Virus record (IMG/VR): IMGVR_UViG_3300042808_000015
Span: 1 to 37,307 of that record
Direction: 5' to 3' (one strand)
Length of the DNA stretch: 37,307 nucleotides
Origin: a virus
Taxonomy: Duplodnaviria; Caudoviricetes
Part shown: piece after piece, positions 7,738 through 16,470 of the stretch
Layout: every line of letters begins with the position of its first letter
Numbering within the stretch: the stretch's first letter is position 1
Program-made: the position numbers and the translations under genes
The notes under the pieces: generated by a model
Database searches by the model: none
Seen by the model: the letters and a program-made list of their open reading frames with translations, nothing else
Told to the model about the DNA's origin: nothing

Positions 7738-7766
7738 ATTGTATATCTAATTAAATTTATTGTCAA
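7738..7766 (-). promoter_or_regulatory. Dedicated sigmaA-type promoter of the HNH gene
   Basis: TTGACA(7766-7761)-N17-TACAAT(7743-7738). Confidence 0.7.
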
Positions 7767-7772
7767 GTATTT

Positions 7773-8372
7773 TTAACGAATATCTTGATTTAATACCCAA
7801 GACATAATTTCTTTAAGTAATACCTTACCTTTTTCAACTTGAGCTATTGTATATATTTTATTTCTAACTGAAACTGGTATAAATTGACCTGTTGCGTAAT
7901 TAGTTGCAAATCCTTGAAGTGTTACTCTTTGACCTACTAAAAATCCTACTTTATCTCTTAATTCAAAAGGTGTTTTACTTCTTAATATACATCTGTATCC
8001 ACCAAATGGATTACTTTTATAAGCAACTCTTCTTGATTTTATTCCGTTTTGGTCTAGATAATTGCCATTTACATCTATTATTCCAACATGTCCAAAATAT
8101 TGATTAGTTTTAGGGTCATATCCATAAGGTTTGCCATATACAAGTATATCTCCTGGTATAAGTGGTGTACCGACTGGTAGTTTATTGAAATGTGATAATA
8201 CATCTGTATTATATTCCCAATCTTTTGCATTACCTCTGCCTTGGAAAGGTATTCCAATTACTTGGTCTAACATTTGTTGTACTAGAGAAACACATTCTCC
8301 ACCAAATGAACCTTTAGGTGTCGCTACTATCCCATTATCTAACGCCCAACTTCCAAATCTTGCTAAATTCAT
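7773..8372 (-). CDS. Endolysin: CHAP domain plus SH3-like cell-wall binding domain
   Basis: GECVSLV..GNAKDW..GDILVY..FGHVGI..DQN; C-terminal ATGQFIP..IMSWV. Confidence 0.85.
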   Translation of the reverse strand: MNLARFGSWALDNGIVATPKGSFGGECVSLVQQMLDQVIGIPFQGRGNAKDWEYNTDVLSHFNKLPVGTPLIPGDILVYGKPYGYDPKTNQYFGHVGIIDVNGNYLDQNGIKSRRVAYKSNPFGGYRCILRSKTPFELRDKVGFLVGQRVTLQGFATNYATGQFIPVSVRNKIYTIAQVEKGKVLLKEIMSWVLNQDIR

Positions 8373-8447
8373 TTATTCTTCATCTCCTTTTGTTATATCT
8401 TTAAAATCTGTTCCTGCGAAATCTTTATCAATTATTTCTTCTTCCAT
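8373..8447 (-). CDS. 24-aa acidic peptide preceding the endolysin
   Basis: GGAGTG RBS; MEEEIIDKDFAGTDFKDITKGDEE; TAA directly followed by the endolysin ATG. Confidence 0.5.
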   Translation of the reverse strand: MEEEIIDKDFAGTDFKDITKGDEE

Positions 8448-8459
8448 TATTAATCACTC

Positions 8460-9686
8460 CTATTCATATTTAATAAAACAATTACTATTAAATCCAGTTA
8501 TTGTTAAAAATAATCCTGTATTAAATGCTGTACCGCCTGAACCATCAAAATCAATGTTAAATGGTACTGTTTGATTAGTCATAGCTCCTGATGACCATAA
8601 TAACACTCCAGCTGTTGAAGTTCCATCATATAATGAAACAACACTATTATTCACAACTCCTGATACTACTAATCTATGTATAGAACCTACACCAAGCTTT
8701 AAAATTATACCTGCTGTAGTTCCTTGTTGAAATGAAGTTTTAGCTTGAGATATAGGTGTACCATATCTTGCCACCGAAGCACTTATTGATGAACAACTAA
8801 CTGCACTCCCAACTCCTGTATTTGTATTTAATAAAAATGCTCTTAAATGCAATGTACCTAACAAAGATGAAGTTGTTGCAGTGAATGTATGTATAATTTT
8901 TCCATCTACAACAAATTGTATTCTTTTGTTAGTATAATATATTTCAAAAGTATGATAATTAATATCTAATGCAAATGTTGGACTTACTCCATTAAAGCTT
9001 CCTGAACTAACAACAGTATCAACTCCAGTTTTTCTTATTACACAGCTAAAAGTAGTATTACTTATTTGGAAAAAAGCACCATTATTTATCGGAATTATAT
9101 CACAAACTCCACATCTTCTAGTATTATTTACAGCACCCAAATCGTTTACTCTAGATACTGCACGATAATAGTTCATATTACCACCCATATATCTAGCTAT
9201 ACTATTTGAATAAAACCCAGCACTTGAATTAGCTGTTGTTGTTACTGATAATGTAGCTTCACTATTTGCAACTGTTACAGTACCACCGTTTGATGTAATA
9301 GGTGTATAAAAATTAGTATCTAAGTTATCAGAGTTATAAACACCACCAGATAATCTATAATTTTGTGCTACTTTTAATTGATTAAGCATGGTTCCTTCAA
9401 TATCATTTCCATATTCATCAACTAATTTTGTTTCTTGACTTCCATTAGTTTGATTTGCTAGTATACTAGTTGTATTTTCATAAATATTTTGATTATATAT
9501 CTCAACAACTTCATAAACTTTACTATTATCATTATCTAATTTAAAATCAGCTTGACTTGAAATTAAATCTATTCTATATTTTAAATCATATTCTTTACCA
9601 ATAGAATCAAACAAAACAGTTCTATTATCTTCTAAATATCTTTCTGTTATAGTATTTCCTATTGTTATTTTATCAAAATTATCCAT
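8460..9686 (-). CDS. Putative virion protein with a lectin/ConA-like beta-sandwich
   Basis: S/T/G/N-rich; YHTFEIYYTNKRIQFVVDG motif; late-operon location. Confidence 0.55.
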   Translation of the reverse strand: MDNFDKITIGNTITERYLEDNRTVLFDSIGKEYDLKYRIDLISSQADFKLDNDNSKVYEVVEIYNQNIYENTTSILANQTNGSQETKLVDEYGNDIEGTMLNQLKVAQNYRLSGGVYNSDNLDTNFYTPITSNGGTVTVANSEATLSVTTTANSSAGFYSNSIARYMGGNMNYYRAVSRVNDLGAVNNTRRCGVCDIIPINNGAFFQISNTTFSCVIRKTGVDTVVSSGSFNGVSPTFALDINYHTFEIYYTNKRIQFVVDGKIIHTFTATTSSLLGTLHLRAFLLNTNTGVGSAVSCSSISASVARYGTPISQAKTSFQQGTTAGIILKLGVGSIHRLVVSGVVNNSVVSLYDGTSTAGVLLWSSGAMTNQTVPFNIDFDGSGGTAFNTGLFLTITGFNSNCFIKYE

Positions 9687-9697
9687 ATTAAACCTCC

Positions 9698-12600
9698 TTA
9701 TTTAATAATACCCATATCTTTTAATATTTTATTTTTTTCAGTTGCACTAATATTAAGACTACCTATATATTTATAAATAGAATTATAATCTTCTTTATTA
9801 GTATAACCTGCTTGATTAACAAGTATCATTTGTTTAGGAACTGATAAATTTAAACTTCCAACTAATTGCTTTATTTTATTTTCTCTACTTCCAGTAACTG
9901 TTTTGCCGTCACTTGTTTTATCAGCTTTTATATCACTTAGTTTTTTATAATAATCAATAAATGTATTTTCATCTATTCCAAGTTGTTTACTATTTCTAAC
10001 TTTATTTTGTGCCTCTGATGATAAACTAAAATAGTTAGTTAAAGTTTTTTCATCTTTTTTAATATTTTTTAAATCTTCTACTTTTGTAGGTGTATCTGAT
10101 TTAGTCATATAATCAAGTAATTCATTTCTTTGTTTATCATTTATATTTAAATCTAATATACCTAAAACTTTTTTAGCTTGTGTAGATCCATTTATAGTTT
10201 TATCTTCTTCATCTTTATCTCCACTTAAATTTTTAATTGTAGAAATAAATCTATAAGAATCTAATTCAGGTACTCCAATATCATTTGAAACTTTCTTAAC
10301 TTCTGATTCTTGGTCTGGAGTTAAAAACTCATTCATAAATTGTATTTTATTTTTAGTATCATAATTACTATCTAATACTAATTTGCCTTTTAAAATAGTT
10401 TTATTTTCATCTGTTTTAGAGTTTTCTATATCAGGTAATTTTTTAAAGTAATCTATTCTATCAGGATTTTTTAATTCATTTAAAGCATTTTTTTCTTTAA
10501 TGTTTATTTGCTTTTGTATTTCTCTTGATTGATTTTGTTTTTCTTTATCTGAAATATTAGAAGCTTGTATTTCTTTTTTCTGTTTATATAAATCAGATAT
10601 TTCTGAACTTTGTGATGTTAAATATCTACTTTCTAAACCTGTATAAGTAGTAGTTCCTTTTTCTAAGTTTTTCTTTATTCTCTCATCAGCACTTTCAATA
10701 CTTTTTTTATCTAAAGTATCATAGAAATCACTACCAGTTTTACTACTATATACACTATCAGTTTGAAACTTACTAGCTAATATACTTTGTTCAGCTTGAG
10801 GTGTCAATTTAGGCATTACTGCTTGACCTATACCACCAGTATATCCTTTAATTAAGTAATCTATTTTTTTAGGTGATATATTTAAACTCTCACCTAGTTT
10901 TTTTGCTAAACTAGTTGTTTTTTCATCAGATTGCATACCTGGTGATAAGTTTTGTAATGATTGTGATACTATTGGTGTACCCATCCAAGATTTATTGGAA
11001 GCTACTTGTGCAATTGGTGATAATAAATTACTTTCAAATGGATTAATTGGTGCAACTTGTTGTGCTATAAACTTACCCATACCTTTAAATGCATTTTCAT
11101 TGCCTTTTGTCGCTTCTAATGTTCTTCTTGCAGCAGTTCCAAATATACTAAGCATTCTACCTTTAGGTATTTTAATAAACTTACCATCGCCTTGTGGAAA
11201 TAAATAATATCCATCTCTTGTTCTATCATCTAAATCATTATAATTTTCATCATCAGATAACATTAAATCATTTATTATAGCAGGAGCAAGTCCAAGTAAT
11301 GCTACTTTTGATAACATTTTAATATAATCTTTCGCACTTTCTAATTCAGTAAAGTTTCTTCTAAATTTATCAAAACCTTGAATAGAAGCATTAAAAAAGT
11401 TAACACCATTTCTATTTATAGCTTTTGCAACATCTCCACCACGTTTAAAGTTAGTTGTAACTTCTGCTGCATTGTACATGGCCTCATTTAATGATTTGCC
11501 TTTTTCTAATGTATTTAAAAATTCAGTAAATCTTGGTGCTTGTTCTACAAAGTTATTAGCTTTTTCTATAGCTTGTCCGATTTTACCAATTATACCTTTA
11601 TCTTTTACTATACCAGTATCATAATCAAAGAAAGTATTTTGTGAACCTCCAAGTCCTTCGTATTGTTTCCATTTATCTGATTTAGTAATAATTTCAAATG
11701 CTGCTTTAGGATAATTTTTAACAAAACTTGCTGGATATTTAGAGTTAAATAATCCATCTTGAAAATCTTTTAAAAAGTTAGTTATAGTAAATATAGGATT
11801 TTTAGCAGTTATTAAATCTCTTTGTAATCTACTTAATCCTTGAATTGCTTTTACAACAGTTAAATCTTCCACTCCACTTTTTACTTTAGGTTTTATACTA
11901 TCATATAATTCTTTAGTAAGTGGTATTACTACTGGTTCTCCATTTTCATATACTGTAAATGTATATTCTCCATTTTTTTCATTTACTGGATTAGTTACAT
12001 CTATAATATCTGTTTTTACTCCACCAGTTACTTTTAATAATTCTTTACCAAATAAGTTTCTTCTTATTGCATTTCTAGTTTTTAAAGTCTGTTCAGCCAT
12101 ACTTTGCTCTAATGGTAGTATGTTTTGATTGCCACCTTTAGCTTTTTGTATAGGATTGTTTACTTTAACTCCTGTTTGTGTATATCCAACAGGACCTTGT
12201 GATTTTGTTTGTTCTCTTTGTATTCTAACATAATTATCATAAGTTTCGTTTAAATGATTTTGTATTTCTTCACTAGTAATTCCTGCATCTACCATATTTT
12301 GAAGTTCATTTTTATTAAAATTATTAACATCTTTTGACCATTCAATAAATTCAGGATTAGTTTGTTCATAATTTGCTACTATATTAGCACTATCTTGAGC
12401 AGTAACATTTTCTCCAAATACTGGTTTATCTTGTGCCATTCTATCAATATTATGTTTATGCAATAAATAATCACTAAATTCTTGTGTTTTTCCACTTTCA
12501 TTTGCAGGTGTCCATATTTCTGTTATTGATTTACCTATTTTTTTACCTTGTAAATTAGTTTGAGATTTACCAATAACATTTTGTCCTTCTCCCTCTGATC

Positions 12601-13777
12601 CTAACATTTTGTCATAAGCAAATTTTATTTCCTTTTGACCAGTTTCTTTTGCAAGTTTATCAACTGGCGCTCCTTTATTTACTAACGCTTGATATGTTTT
12701 ATCAAGTTCTTGTTTTATTGTTGGTTTTATTTCTTTTGGTTTAATAGTTAATAGCTCAGCAACTTTATCAGTTTGTTTTACTTGTGGTTGTACTACGTTA
12801 TTTAAAGCGTTTTGCAAAGGTTGTTGAGTAGTTTGTTGATTAGTAGATAAAACTTGATTAGATTTGATTTGTGGTTGAATTAAAGGTGTTTGAGATTGAC
12901 TTGTTGCTTGTTTATTTTGAATATCACTTTGTATACCTGTTTTTATTCCTTTAACAGAACCTGGAGCATTTAATACTCCAGCAGTTAATGCACCAAGTAT
13001 ACCACTTTTTAAGGCTTCTTCTGAATATGGTTTAACTTCGTTGTTTTCGTTTAAAGTTATATTCCTTACAACAGGATTAATTATACTTTGTATATATTCT
13101 TCACTGAATTCACTACCAGAATCAGCAATTGTTTTTGCAACTTGTTTTCCAGTATCAGATTTAATTACTTTACTAACTACATCATCTACTTGTTTACCTA
13201 TTAATTTACTTGCTCCACTTTTACCTAATATGTTAATTCCACCAAGTGCTTTTTGAAGAGTACCCTCTAATACACCAGTAGTTAATCCATAAAGTCTAGA
13301 TTGTTCTTTAGTTTTTCCTTCATCTATTGTTGTTCTATAAGTTTCACCAGCAGAACTTGCTCCAGTAGTTGCAATACCCAATGCAGGATTTATAAGCCCA
13401 GCACCAATTGCAGGAACCATTTGACCAACACTTCCAGTAACTTCAGAAGCAAATTTATAAGGTGAACTAACTTGTTCTTGTATTTGTTTAACTCTTTCTT
13501 CAAAAGGTGATATATTTTTAAGTGTAGGAGTTTTACCAGCTATTGTACTTGGTAAATTTATTAACCCTCTAAGTCCAGCAGCAGCTCCTCCTAATAAACT
13601 GCTAAAAGGAAGTGTTACTTTTTCAAACGTACTAGCTTTTTTACCAGTATCTAAAGTTAATGGTGTACTTATAGAAGTATTAATAGGAGTTGAACGTACT
13701 GTTTTAATCATATTTTTAATATTATCTACTTCATTATATGATTTATCTTTTTCTAGTTTATTAAAATTAAATCCCAT
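9698..13777 (-). CDS. Large internal virion/ejection protein with an LPD38-like region
   Basis: 1359 aa; G/A-rich N-terminal helices; FIKIPKG..NKSWMGTPIV..SPKKIDYLIKGYTGG. Confidence 0.7.
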   Translation of the reverse strand: MGFNFNKLEKDKSYNEVDNIKNMIKTVRSTPINTSISTPLTLDTGKKASTFEKVTLPFSSLLGGAAAGLRGLINLPSTIAGKTPTLKNISPFEERVKQIQEQVSSPYKFASEVTGSVGQMVPAIGAGLINPALGIATTGASSAGETYRTTIDEGKTKEQSRLYGLTTGVLEGTLQKALGGINILGKSGASKLIGKQVDDVVSKVIKSDTGKQVAKTIADSGSEFSEEYIQSIINPVVRNITLNENNEVKPYSEEALKSGILGALTAGVLNAPGSVKGIKTGIQSDIQNKQATSQSQTPLIQPQIKSNQVLSTNQQTTQQPLQNALNNVVQPQVKQTDKVAELLTIKPKEIKPTIKQELDKTYQALVNKGAPVDKLAKETGQKEIKFAYDKMLGSEGEGQNVIGKSQTNLQGKKIGKSITEIWTPANESGKTQEFSDYLLHKHNIDRMAQDKPVFGENVTAQDSANIVANYEQTNPEFIEWSKDVNNFNKNELQNMVDAGITSEEIQNHLNETYDNYVRIQREQTKSQGPVGYTQTGVKVNNPIQKAKGGNQNILPLEQSMAEQTLKTRNAIRRNLFGKELLKVTGGVKTDIIDVTNPVNEKNGEYTFTVYENGEPVVIPLTKELYDSIKPKVKSGVEDLTVVKAIQGLSRLQRDLITAKNPIFTITNFLKDFQDGLFNSKYPASFVKNYPKAAFEIITKSDKWKQYEGLGGSQNTFFDYDTGIVKDKGIIGKIGQAIEKANNFVEQAPRFTEFLNTLEKGKSLNEAMYNAAEVTTNFKRGGDVAKAINRNGVNFFNASIQGFDKFRRNFTELESAKDYIKMLSKVALLGLAPAIINDLMLSDDENYNDLDDRTRDGYYLFPQGDGKFIKIPKGRMLSIFGTAARRTLEATKGNENAFKGMGKFIAQQVAPINPFESNLLSPIAQVASNKSWMGTPIVSQSLQNLSPGMQSDEKTTSLAKKLGESLNISPKKIDYLIKGYTGGIGQAVMPKLTPQAEQSILASKFQTDSVYSSKTGSDFYDTLDKKSIESADERIKKNLEKGTTTYTGLESRYLTSQSSEISDLYKQKKEIQASNISDKEKQNQSREIQKQINIKEKNALNELKNPDRIDYFKKLPDIENSKTDENKTILKGKLVLDSNYDTKNKIQFMNEFLTPDQESEVKKVSNDIGVPELDSYRFISTIKNLSGDKDEEDKTINGSTQAKKVLGILDLNINDKQRNELLDYMTKSDTPTKVEDLKNIKKDEKTLTNYFSLSSEAQNKVRNSKQLGIDENTFIDYYKKLSDIKADKTSDGKTVTGSRENKIKQLVGSLNLSVPKQMILVNQAGYTNKEDYNSIYKYIGSLNISATEKNKILKDMGIIK

Positions 13778-13786
13778 TTTATCCTC

Positions 13787-14557
13787 CTAACTTAAATAAG
13801 CGCTTAAATCTACTCCTCTTTGTTTACCCCAAGCAAGTATTTGGTCATTTTTAGTATTTGGTGTAATTGTTAAAGTAGCTCCTTGTCCATTTGGTTGTTT
13901 AACTAATATTGTATTGCTATTTAATTGTGTAACTGTTGGAGCTTGTTGTGCTGTTGGAGCAGTTTCTTGATAAGCTGTATATCCAGTACCTGAACTAGCT
14001 TTTGCTATACTTCTTCTATATGCTAAATCAGCTTGTTCTCTAGCAACTTGTTCTTGTCTTAATTGTTCTTGTCGTGCTAAAGCTTCTCTACGTAATTGTT
14101 CTTGTCTTGCTAATTCTTCTTGTCTTTTTTGTTCTCTATATTGTAATAAGTTTTGTGCATATGTTTGTTCTATATCTCCATATTGATTAGATAAATTATT
14201 TTGCATACCTGTTGCTAAATCAGTTCTATTTTGTGCAAATCCAGTTTGTGCAGTATTTGCTGCAGTTTGTATATTTCCTATTTCTCTTCCTAACATATTT
14301 TGACTTGACATTTCAGCAGCTCCAGCTATTCCCGCATTAGTTTGACCACGATTACTCAAAAATTCAGCAAAGTTTTTAGCTTTTATTTGACTTGTAGTAT
14401 CTGCTTGTTGTTTTTGTTTAGTAAATTCAGGCATTAGTTTAGCTTCTTCTCTGCCAACTTGAGTTAATGCTTCATTTTTAGCATTTTCTAGTTTTTGTCT
14501 AGCTAAATTTTTTTGTTCTTCTTTTAGAGTTGCTAGTTGTTGTTCATAGTTATCCAT
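13787..14557 (-). CDS. Q/A-rich coiled-coil internal virion (pilot/ejection) protein
   Basis: Composition and position before the large ejection protein. Confidence 0.55.
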   Translation of the reverse strand: MDNYEQQLATLKEEQKNLARQKLENAKNEALTQVGREEAKLMPEFTKQKQQADTTSQIKAKNFAEFLSNRGQTNAGIAGAAEMSSQNMLGREIGNIQTAANTAQTGFAQNRTDLATGMQNNLSNQYGDIEQTYAQNLLQYREQKRQEELARQEQLRREALARQEQLRQEQVAREQADLAYRRSIAKASSGTGYTAYQETAPTAQQAPTVTQLNSNTILVKQPNGQGATLTITPNTKNDQILAWGKQRGVDLSAYLS

Positions 14558-14578
14558 AATTCCTCCTTAATGATAGAT

Positions 14579-14605
14579 TTAAGGTACTTTTATAGAGTAC
14601 CTTAA
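14579..14605 (-). terminator. Hairpin after the holin (no U-tract)
   Basis: TTAAGGTACT/AGTACCTTAA 10-bp stem. Confidence 0.5.
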
Positions 14606-14610
14606 TACTT

Positions 14611-14814
14611 TTACTTATCAAGTTCAGGAAGTCCTGCAATTGATGTTAGTAATGATAATATACCAGCTAGTAGAGCCGTAGACGCTACTATAATCCAATT
14701 TACATCTCCAATTGCATATGATGTACCTATTGTAGCTACTGCTGTTTGTGCGAAAGTTTTGATAGCCCTTATAATCGCACACTTAATCCATTCCTTAAAT
14801 ATATTTTTATTCAT
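14611..14814 (-). CDS. Holin (r1t-like), start 14814 rather than 14946
   Basis: GGAGGTGG RBS; [28 protein letters not shown]. Confidence 0.88.
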   Translation of the reverse strand: MNKNIFKEWIKCAIIRAIKTFAQTAVATIGTSYAIGDVNWIIVASTALLAGILSLLTSIAGLPELDK

Positions 14815-15049
14815 CTTTCCACCTCCACTCATAACCTTTATGAGTTTTATATCCATATTCTTTATTACAACAAGAAAATATATGCCATGAATTAAATCAC
14901 TTTTTTTTTGCTTCAGCAATAGAAGAAAAGTATAATATTTCATCATTTTTAATTGATATAACAGGTTTTCTTCTACTTTCTTGTGTCAATTGTAAATACT
15001 CTTATGTTTTAATACATCTTATTGAAGATACTTTTATCCATTCTTTCAT
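14807..15049 (-). pseudogene. Holin 5' stub in frame with a decayed NUMOD1/IENR1-like homing-endonuclease domain
   Basis: One frame: [78 protein letters not shown]. Confidence 0.7.
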
Positions 15050-15298
15050 TTAAATCCCTCCAAATATTCTACTTGCTAAAAATCCAATACTTAAACTTAC
15101 TATTGAACTTATAACTACTGTTACTATTAAATTCCAATTTTCTTTAGGTTTATTATTTATTTCTTTCAATATTTCTTTTATTTGTGACATATCTTGTTTC
15201 ATATAAGTCATATCATTTTTAATTAATGCAATATCTTGTTTTAATGTAGGTATAATCTTCATATCACATTCTAATAAATCAATTATTCTATCTTGCAT
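15050..15298 (-). CDS. XhlA/hemolysin-like lysis accessory protein
   Basis: Coiled coil plus C-terminal TM helix, next to the holin. Confidence 0.6.
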   Translation of the reverse strand: MQDRIIDLLECDMKIIPTLKQDIALIKNDMTYMKQDMSQIKEILKEINNKPKENWNLIVTVVISSIVSLSIGFLASRIFGGI

Positions 15299-15306
15299 TT
15301 AATTCC

Positions 15307-15363
15307 CTACTTTCTTTTTTTAATTGGTTTTTTAGGTTTAGGTGGTCTAGGTAATTTTCTCAT
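15307..15363 (-). CDS. 18-aa Pro/Lys-rich peptide
   Basis: AAGGAGTG RBS; MRKLPRPPKPKKPIKKRK. Confidence 0.55.
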   Translation of the reverse strand: MRKLPRPPKPKKPIKKRK

Positions 15364-15375
15364 TTAAATCACTCC

Positions 15376-15579
15376 TTAATTTGAGTTTGAATTTGTATTT
15401 GTTATATCTGATGTGGGATATCCTGTATAATCATATTGCTTATAATTAATATATCCAATTGTTAATGCCCATATTAAAGACATTACTACCATAGCAATAA
15501 TACAACTTATTATTAATATATTTTTGTTTCTGTCATATTTATTTAATATATCTATTATTATTGACTTATCAATTTCCAT
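15376..15579 (-). CDS. Small single-TM protein
   Basis: AGGAGG RBS; hydrophobic central segment. Confidence 0.7.
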   Translation of the reverse strand: MEIDKSIIIDILNKYDRNKNILIISCIIAMVVMSLIWALTIGYINYKQYDYTGYPTSDITNTNSNSN

Positions 15580-15588
15580 TTTAACCTC

Positions 15589-16458
15589 CTATAAATAATT
15601 ACATATTGCTTTAATTGTTTGTGTTACTCCAGTTATTCCTATTCCGATATTATTAACTGAACTCAAAGGTGTCATTGTATTTAAATAAAGTGTAGTTTTA
15701 GTTGTTAATGTAATATCTTTTGTATTGTATACTGTTTTATTATCAGATATAGTTCCAGTTGCACCTTCTATTTGTAAAAATGATGTTCTTTCATTATCTG
15801 TTGAACCATTATTAGTTGTTGATAATGTAAGATATTGTTTGTATGATGTTGTACTATCTTTATACCCTACCATTACTATATTGTAAGGTAATTTCCAAGC
15901 ACCAGCATAAACTAATATACTAGCCATATTATACCAAGTATTTGCTGTAGGATTTGCTTGACCAGATGCACTTATAGTATATGTTATAGTCCATTTTTCA
16001 GAACTTATTGGAAATCCAAAAGGTATTTTTTCTTTACTATAATATATTCCAGTTATTGAAGCATTCAATAAAGTATAATCTGTTCCTCCATAAAATATAA
16101 TAGTTGTATCTGTTACTACCATAGCAATAAAATATTTAGTTGAAGTTTGTGTTAATTTAAATTTTGTTCCAGGTGATATAAATGAAGTTGTATCTATACT
16201 TGTTGTTACTGTAAACATAGGACCATCTGTGTTTGTATATGTAAATATATTTTCTAATCCTATCCATCCATTGCTTAGATTAGTTATTTGAGTATCTAAT
16301 TCAGTTGTTAATGTACTAGTTAAATAAGTTTTAATATCAACTCCAACTTTGTCAAATAGTTGTTGTAATTGTAACGCACTTAATCCCTCTGTTATGTTTG
16401 GTGTTTCACTTAATGAAGCTATATTATTAGTTGCAAATGTTGGTTTAGTTAATGCCAT
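15589..16458 (-). CDS. Putative tail fibre/tail-associated protein
   Basis: T-rich, LSALQLQQLFDK N-terminal motif, follows the nozzle gene. Confidence 0.55.
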   Translation of the reverse strand: MALTKPTFATNNIASLSETPNITEGLSALQLQQLFDKVGVDIKTYLTSTLTTELDTQITNLSNGWIGLENIFTYTNTDGPMFTVTTSIDTTSFISPGTKFKLTQTSTKYFIAMVVTDTTIIFYGGTDYTLLNASITGIYYSKEKIPFGFPISSEKWTITYTISASGQANPTANTWYNMASILVYAGAWKLPYNIVMVGYKDSTTSYKQYLTLSTTNNGSTDNERTSFLQIEGATGTISDNKTVYNTKDITLTTKTTLYLNTMTPLSSVNNIGIGITGVTQTIKAICNYL

Positions 16459-16470
16459 TGTTATTCCTCC

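Noticed and set aside
14611-14814. Possible AGG reassignment or AGG-triggered shifting
   Set aside because: AGG occupies conserved Arg positions in frame (holin IRAIKT; HTH_39 RLSDRI).
14897-14899. In-frame TGA at a Gly-like position, suggesting TGA reassignment
   Set aside because: Long genes are intact under code 11, TGA ends several genes (7387, 18307, 32659), and the same remnant frame also has a TAA; it is a pseudogene.
14611-14946. 111-aa extended holin from the ORF track
   Set aside because: The RBS and family similarity begin at 14814; the extension is an off-frame reading of the NUMOD-like remnant.
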